Shown here: positions 38,601 through 40,533 of the stretch, in pieces
Numbering within the stretch: the stretch's first letter is position 1
Layout: each line of letters opens with the position of its first letter
Assembly (NCBI GenBank): GCA_902385765.1
Contig: CABMGU010000080.1
Coordinates: 1-40,533 of the forward strand
Reading direction: 5' to 3'
From: an uncultured archaeon
Lineage (GTDB): Archaea > Nanobdellota > Nanobdellia > Woesearchaeales > ARS49
DNA length: 40,533 nucleotides
The notes under the pieces: model-generated
What the model saw: only the letters and a program-made list of their open reading frames with translations
What the model was told of the DNA's origin: nothing
The model's database searches: none
Translations under genes and position numbers: made by a program

Positions 38601-40533
38601 AAAATGACAGTAATAGGGTGCTTTCCAAAGCGCAGGCAATGTCAGGCAGCGGTTACGCTGTGGAAATAGATGAAAATCAGTATCCGTACTATTTCAGGTA
38701 TACAACTCCTTTCACTGTAACCAGCACCAACCAGGTGAATCTTAGTCAATGGAATCATATAGCAGTTTCATTCAACGGAAGTCTTGCAATAATCTATGTA
38801 AATGGAGTAAACTCTGGAAACCAGACATACCTCAACTTTATGAACGCCAATACTTCGAATCCTTTAGTGATTGGCGCTCACGTTCTTGATAATGGAACAA
38901 AAACTTTGTTGTTCAACGGCACTATTGATGAAGTTCGCCTTTATGACCGGGCGTTGTCAGCTCAGGAAGTATCTGCCAATTACAATTCCGGCGCTCCAAA
39001 ATATGACAAGATGGTTTCTCAGGAGTTGTCTTACGGTGACGTCTGGTATTGTGAAGCCACTCCAAATGATAACACATTTGACGGAACTACGTTGATGTCA
39101 AATGGAGTTCAGATTGGTACTGCTCCTACTCAAAGCACGCCTGTTTTGAACAGTTCTGGCCTTGACGTCATTAGTTCGAATATTACGGTTTACCCGCAGA
39201 GTGTCAGCGATATCGACGGCAATCCTGTTACTAATATTACCAACTGGTATAGGAATAGCGCCTCAATAACTCTTTTGAACCTGCCGTTTGATGGCTTGCT
39301 TAACCGTCATTCTGTTGCTGACAGCAATACCGTGCTTTCTATGTACTTCGAAAATAATATGAAGGACTTTTCTGGAAATGGGAATGATGGTAATTGCACT
39401 AATTGTCCGACCTACACAACTGCGGGAAAGGTTGATGGCGCTTACAATTATGATGGCATTGATGATAATGTCGCTTTATCAGAACCGCCCGCATCTTCAA
39501 CAAGCATTAACACTGGAAGCGTGTTTGCCTGGATTAAGACAACAAAGCCAGGAAGCTCGTATAGAGGAATTGTTGTAAAACAAAATGCGTATGGTATGTT
39601 CCTCACCGATGATATCTTGACACTTTATGATTGGGGTACTGCTAATGCCCGCAGTACTGGCGCAAATCTCTCAGACGGCAGATGGCATTTTGTCGGCTTG
39701 ACTTTCCAGAGCGGTGTTGCCAGCGTAACAAAAGTGTATATTGATGGCAAGCTTAATCTTACTACCTCAATAACAGTCAACAGCCAAAATGAAGGCGTGG
39801 TTGTGGGTGCGGGAGATAATCCGGCAACACAGCAATACTTCAACGGCACAATCGACGAAGTCCAGATTTTCAATACTGTTTTGAGTGATGCGCAAGTCCG
39901 TTATTTGTACAAGAAGGGCGCTCCACCGAATTACACTATTGATTATTCGCCTTATTTCAACGATGGACTGGTTAATGGTTCAACTTACACGAGTTCAGGC
40001 ATATCAGGCGGTGCTCAGGTGTTTAATGGTGTCAACAATTACGTTGATGTCGCCAACAGCACGAGTTTGAACCCGACTGATGCGATTACGCTGGAAGCGT
40101 GGATAAAGATTGCAGGAAGCACTAATGATTACCAGCACGTCATTAGAAAGCTTTGCTTTAATATGGGCGGGTATGGAACTATGCTTAATACTTCTGGTAC
40201 TGGTTTCCAGGCATTTTTATTCAATAACACTGGAACTCTATTGTATGCAAATGCTCCTACGATAACATTGGGCTTCAATAACTGGATTCATGTTGCCGTA
40301 ACCTATAGTAAGACTGGAAGATTGGTGACGTACATCAATGGCACTGTGGACCAGAATCTGTCAGCTATCGGTCCGATGGGAATTGATCCTGGAAATCTGG
40401 GAATTGGCGGTTATGCGAATGTCTGTCCTGATTCAGATTGGCTTGACTTCTTCAACGGCACTATTGATGAAGTCCGCATTTACAACAGGAGTCTTTCCGC
40501 TCAGCAGATTGCTGCTGATTATAATGCTGGCGC
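35648..40533 (+). CDS. giant secreted surface protein (3'-truncated): N-terminal region, 7 SBBP-like beta-propeller repeats, at least 3 LamG/concanavalin-like domains
   Basis: I read the frame by hand from ATG 35648 to the window end without meeting a stop (more than 1628 codons). Signal-like MLLALLVLLCAGVLVFLSG. Repeats of the type VATDSSGNVIVTG...KYDSNGNYLWN. LamG hallmarks LFNGTIDEVRLYDRALSAQEV, FNGTIDEVQIFNTVLSDAQV and FNGTIDEVRIYNRSLSAQQI. The start is uncertain (GTG at 35618 is also possible). Confidence 0.85.
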   Translation, partial: MLLALLVLLCAGVLVFLSGSPGPTGFAAAGVNQVTIYDDQTAAVYLGKYFANAEQRSFKVMYAVDLTVDVEGAMMYITPKTGFEGKETIELVSDADKQSFVIKVIKKDVPETPVSQEPPAEDIIPPENITEPVNESESQPEENITQPPEELINETEAPEKAEIRLGSKKLGEKIEDEPLFDVNFTETVLGDDVLTLVFYHNSTSNERVYVNTSATYDLSTNIAAPFENVTLSVMLDDSIVPEFELHVGNSSETFRFGKKIPGVDIEGKKIKKCKNKSKDDRECFSIIDRDDDFVDVFISKENASVYIRGVNSTDIRALFNWISSTVLTTETFAAEPIDMESATITLPRTDDVTAIVECTDFDLDFKNCMGDWVVTGIPFNKTDKNITFTVTHFSGYGGGNIAVINVQSYPAVGDQWTVRFNTTGTANLTITAIDGTSWTDYADSGYDLKFLEVKCGDQTLNYTWINNSVFIENYYCNETGYEVSQVITQGKHAFEFRFGDDVDYAYNWAAEWYRSVSISGSGGLGQTAHAVATDSYNNAIVVGQTNYGGFAVKYDTNGNDLWNLSINNTYPSDVAVDSQNNFIMPANVVGVNNLIMKFNSSGSQLWNKTVHCLNSTTSIGSVAVDSSRNIIVGGSESPNRAGYYCTVKLDENGTYLWNATYTSGNNNIPTNGVTGIATDSSGNVIVTGWLLNTTLTPGLITDVTWLTFKYDSNGNYLWNRTYFNGTHFCYANAVATDTSGNVIVVGSGAWTTNLNYFMIKYDSSGNHLWNQSLSDLGAAYGVTTDSSNNIFVTGDHYGTSQYILTFKLNSGGSQQFNLSFTGNAPIGYDVAVDSPGNIFVVGVNGSDFFTIKYASNVRPTQLKPILNSTDGTNRTSQDLTVYPQNATDPDGGTLTNITNWYRNGSSYDVLNMPFDLNSTTNVKDYSSYLNNGTVTGAVWNASGISGGAYTFDGINDYITVKTDASLDFYNKVPMSIEMWVNPGKQNDSNRVLSKAQAMSGSGYAVEIDENQYPYYFRYTTPFTVTSTNQVNLSQWNHIAVSFNGSLAIIYVNGVNSGNQTYLNFMNANTSNPLVIGAHVLDNGTKTLLFNGTIDEVRLYDRALSAQEVSANYNSGAPKYDKMVSQELSYGDVWYCEATPNDNTFDGTTLMSNGVQIGTAPTQSTPVLNSSGLDVISSNITVYPQSVSDIDGNPVTNITNWYRNSASITLLNLPFDGLLNRHSVADSNTVLSMYFENNMKDFSGNGNDGNCTNCPTYTTAGKVDGAYNYDGIDDNVALSEPPASSTSINTGSVFAWIKTTKPGSSYRGIVVKQNAYGMFLTDDILTLYDWGTANARSTGANLSDGRWHFVGLTFQSGVASVTKVYIDGKLNLTTSITVNSQNEGVVVGAGDNPATQQYFNGTIDEVQIFNTVLSDAQVRYLYKKGAPPNYTIDYSPYFNDGLVNGSTYTSSGISGGAQVFNGVNNYVDVANSTSLNPTDAITLEAWIKIAGSTNDYQHVIRKLCFNMGGYGTMLNTSGTGFQAFLFNNTGTLLYANAPTITLGFNNWIHVAVTYSKTGRLVTYINGTVDQNLSAIGPMGIDPGNLGIGGYANVCPDSDWLDFFNGTIDEVRIYNRSLSAQQIAADYNAG
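37225..38215 (+). repeat. seven tandem beta-propeller-type repeats inside the giant ORF (protein-level repeat)
   Basis: A unit of about 45 aa recurs: (A/V)xDSxxN(I/V)(I/F)V(T/V)G ... (K/F)YDxxGxxLWN. Boundaries are approximate. Confidence 0.6.

Noticed and set aside
1-40533. CRISPR arrays, rRNA genes, or transposase/integrase genes.
   Set aside because: I saw no regularly spaced direct repeats with unique spacers, no rRNA-like conserved blocks, and no DDE, tyrosine- or serine-recombinase motifs in any long ORF.

Overview
The window looks like a gene-dense, AT-leaning archaeal chromosome segment from a small-genome, possibly DPANN-like lineage. The lineage call is inference. Evidence for Archaea: a TFB/TFIIB gene, an archaeal-type IleRS, AMP phosphorylase, a Trm112 plus Mtq2-like methylase pair, and TATA-like boxes about 25-29 nt upstream of many ATGs (leaderless layout). 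Promoter-distal genes in operons carry GGAGG-type ribosome-binding sites instead.

Housekeeping genes I can support: ileS, tfb, adk-like kinase, fused transketolase, AMP phosphorylase, AI-2E permease, a short Ogt (PCHRV), two Nudix hydrolases, an S4/YbcJ-like RNA-binding protein, Trm112, tRNA-Val(GAC), and a tRNA-Ser(CGA) carrying about 12 extra nt (probable intron).

Accessory content is high:
- A 10.6-kb block of co-directional minus-strand genes (17353-28001) encodes N-anchored, sequon-rich surface proteins. It includes an archaeosortase-like polytopic protein with ordered Cys/Arg/His motifs.
- At least four toxin-antitoxin-like pairs are present: VapBC, DUF4258 with a YgiT/AbrB antitoxin, and two copies of a winged-helix/RelE-like module. 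A third, solo copy of the winged-helix gene also occurs.
- All three winged-helix genes are preceded by a related TATCA-N2-TGATA palindrome.
- A 1.5-kb three-gene insertion is bracketed by a 44-bp imperfect direct repeat that duplicates the 3' end of ogt.
- Two genes are interrupted by in-frame TAA codons.
- A GC-rich multi-hairpin non-coding region lies next to tRNA-Ser.
- A giant surface protein of more than 1628 aa (seven beta-propeller repeats followed by at least three LamG-like domains) runs off the right edge.

Many track 'M' starts are actually TTG or GTG. I re-set starts to the nearest supported ATG where the sequence allowed. All family assignments come from motif recognition by eye, with no searches run. 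Domain boundaries are approximate.
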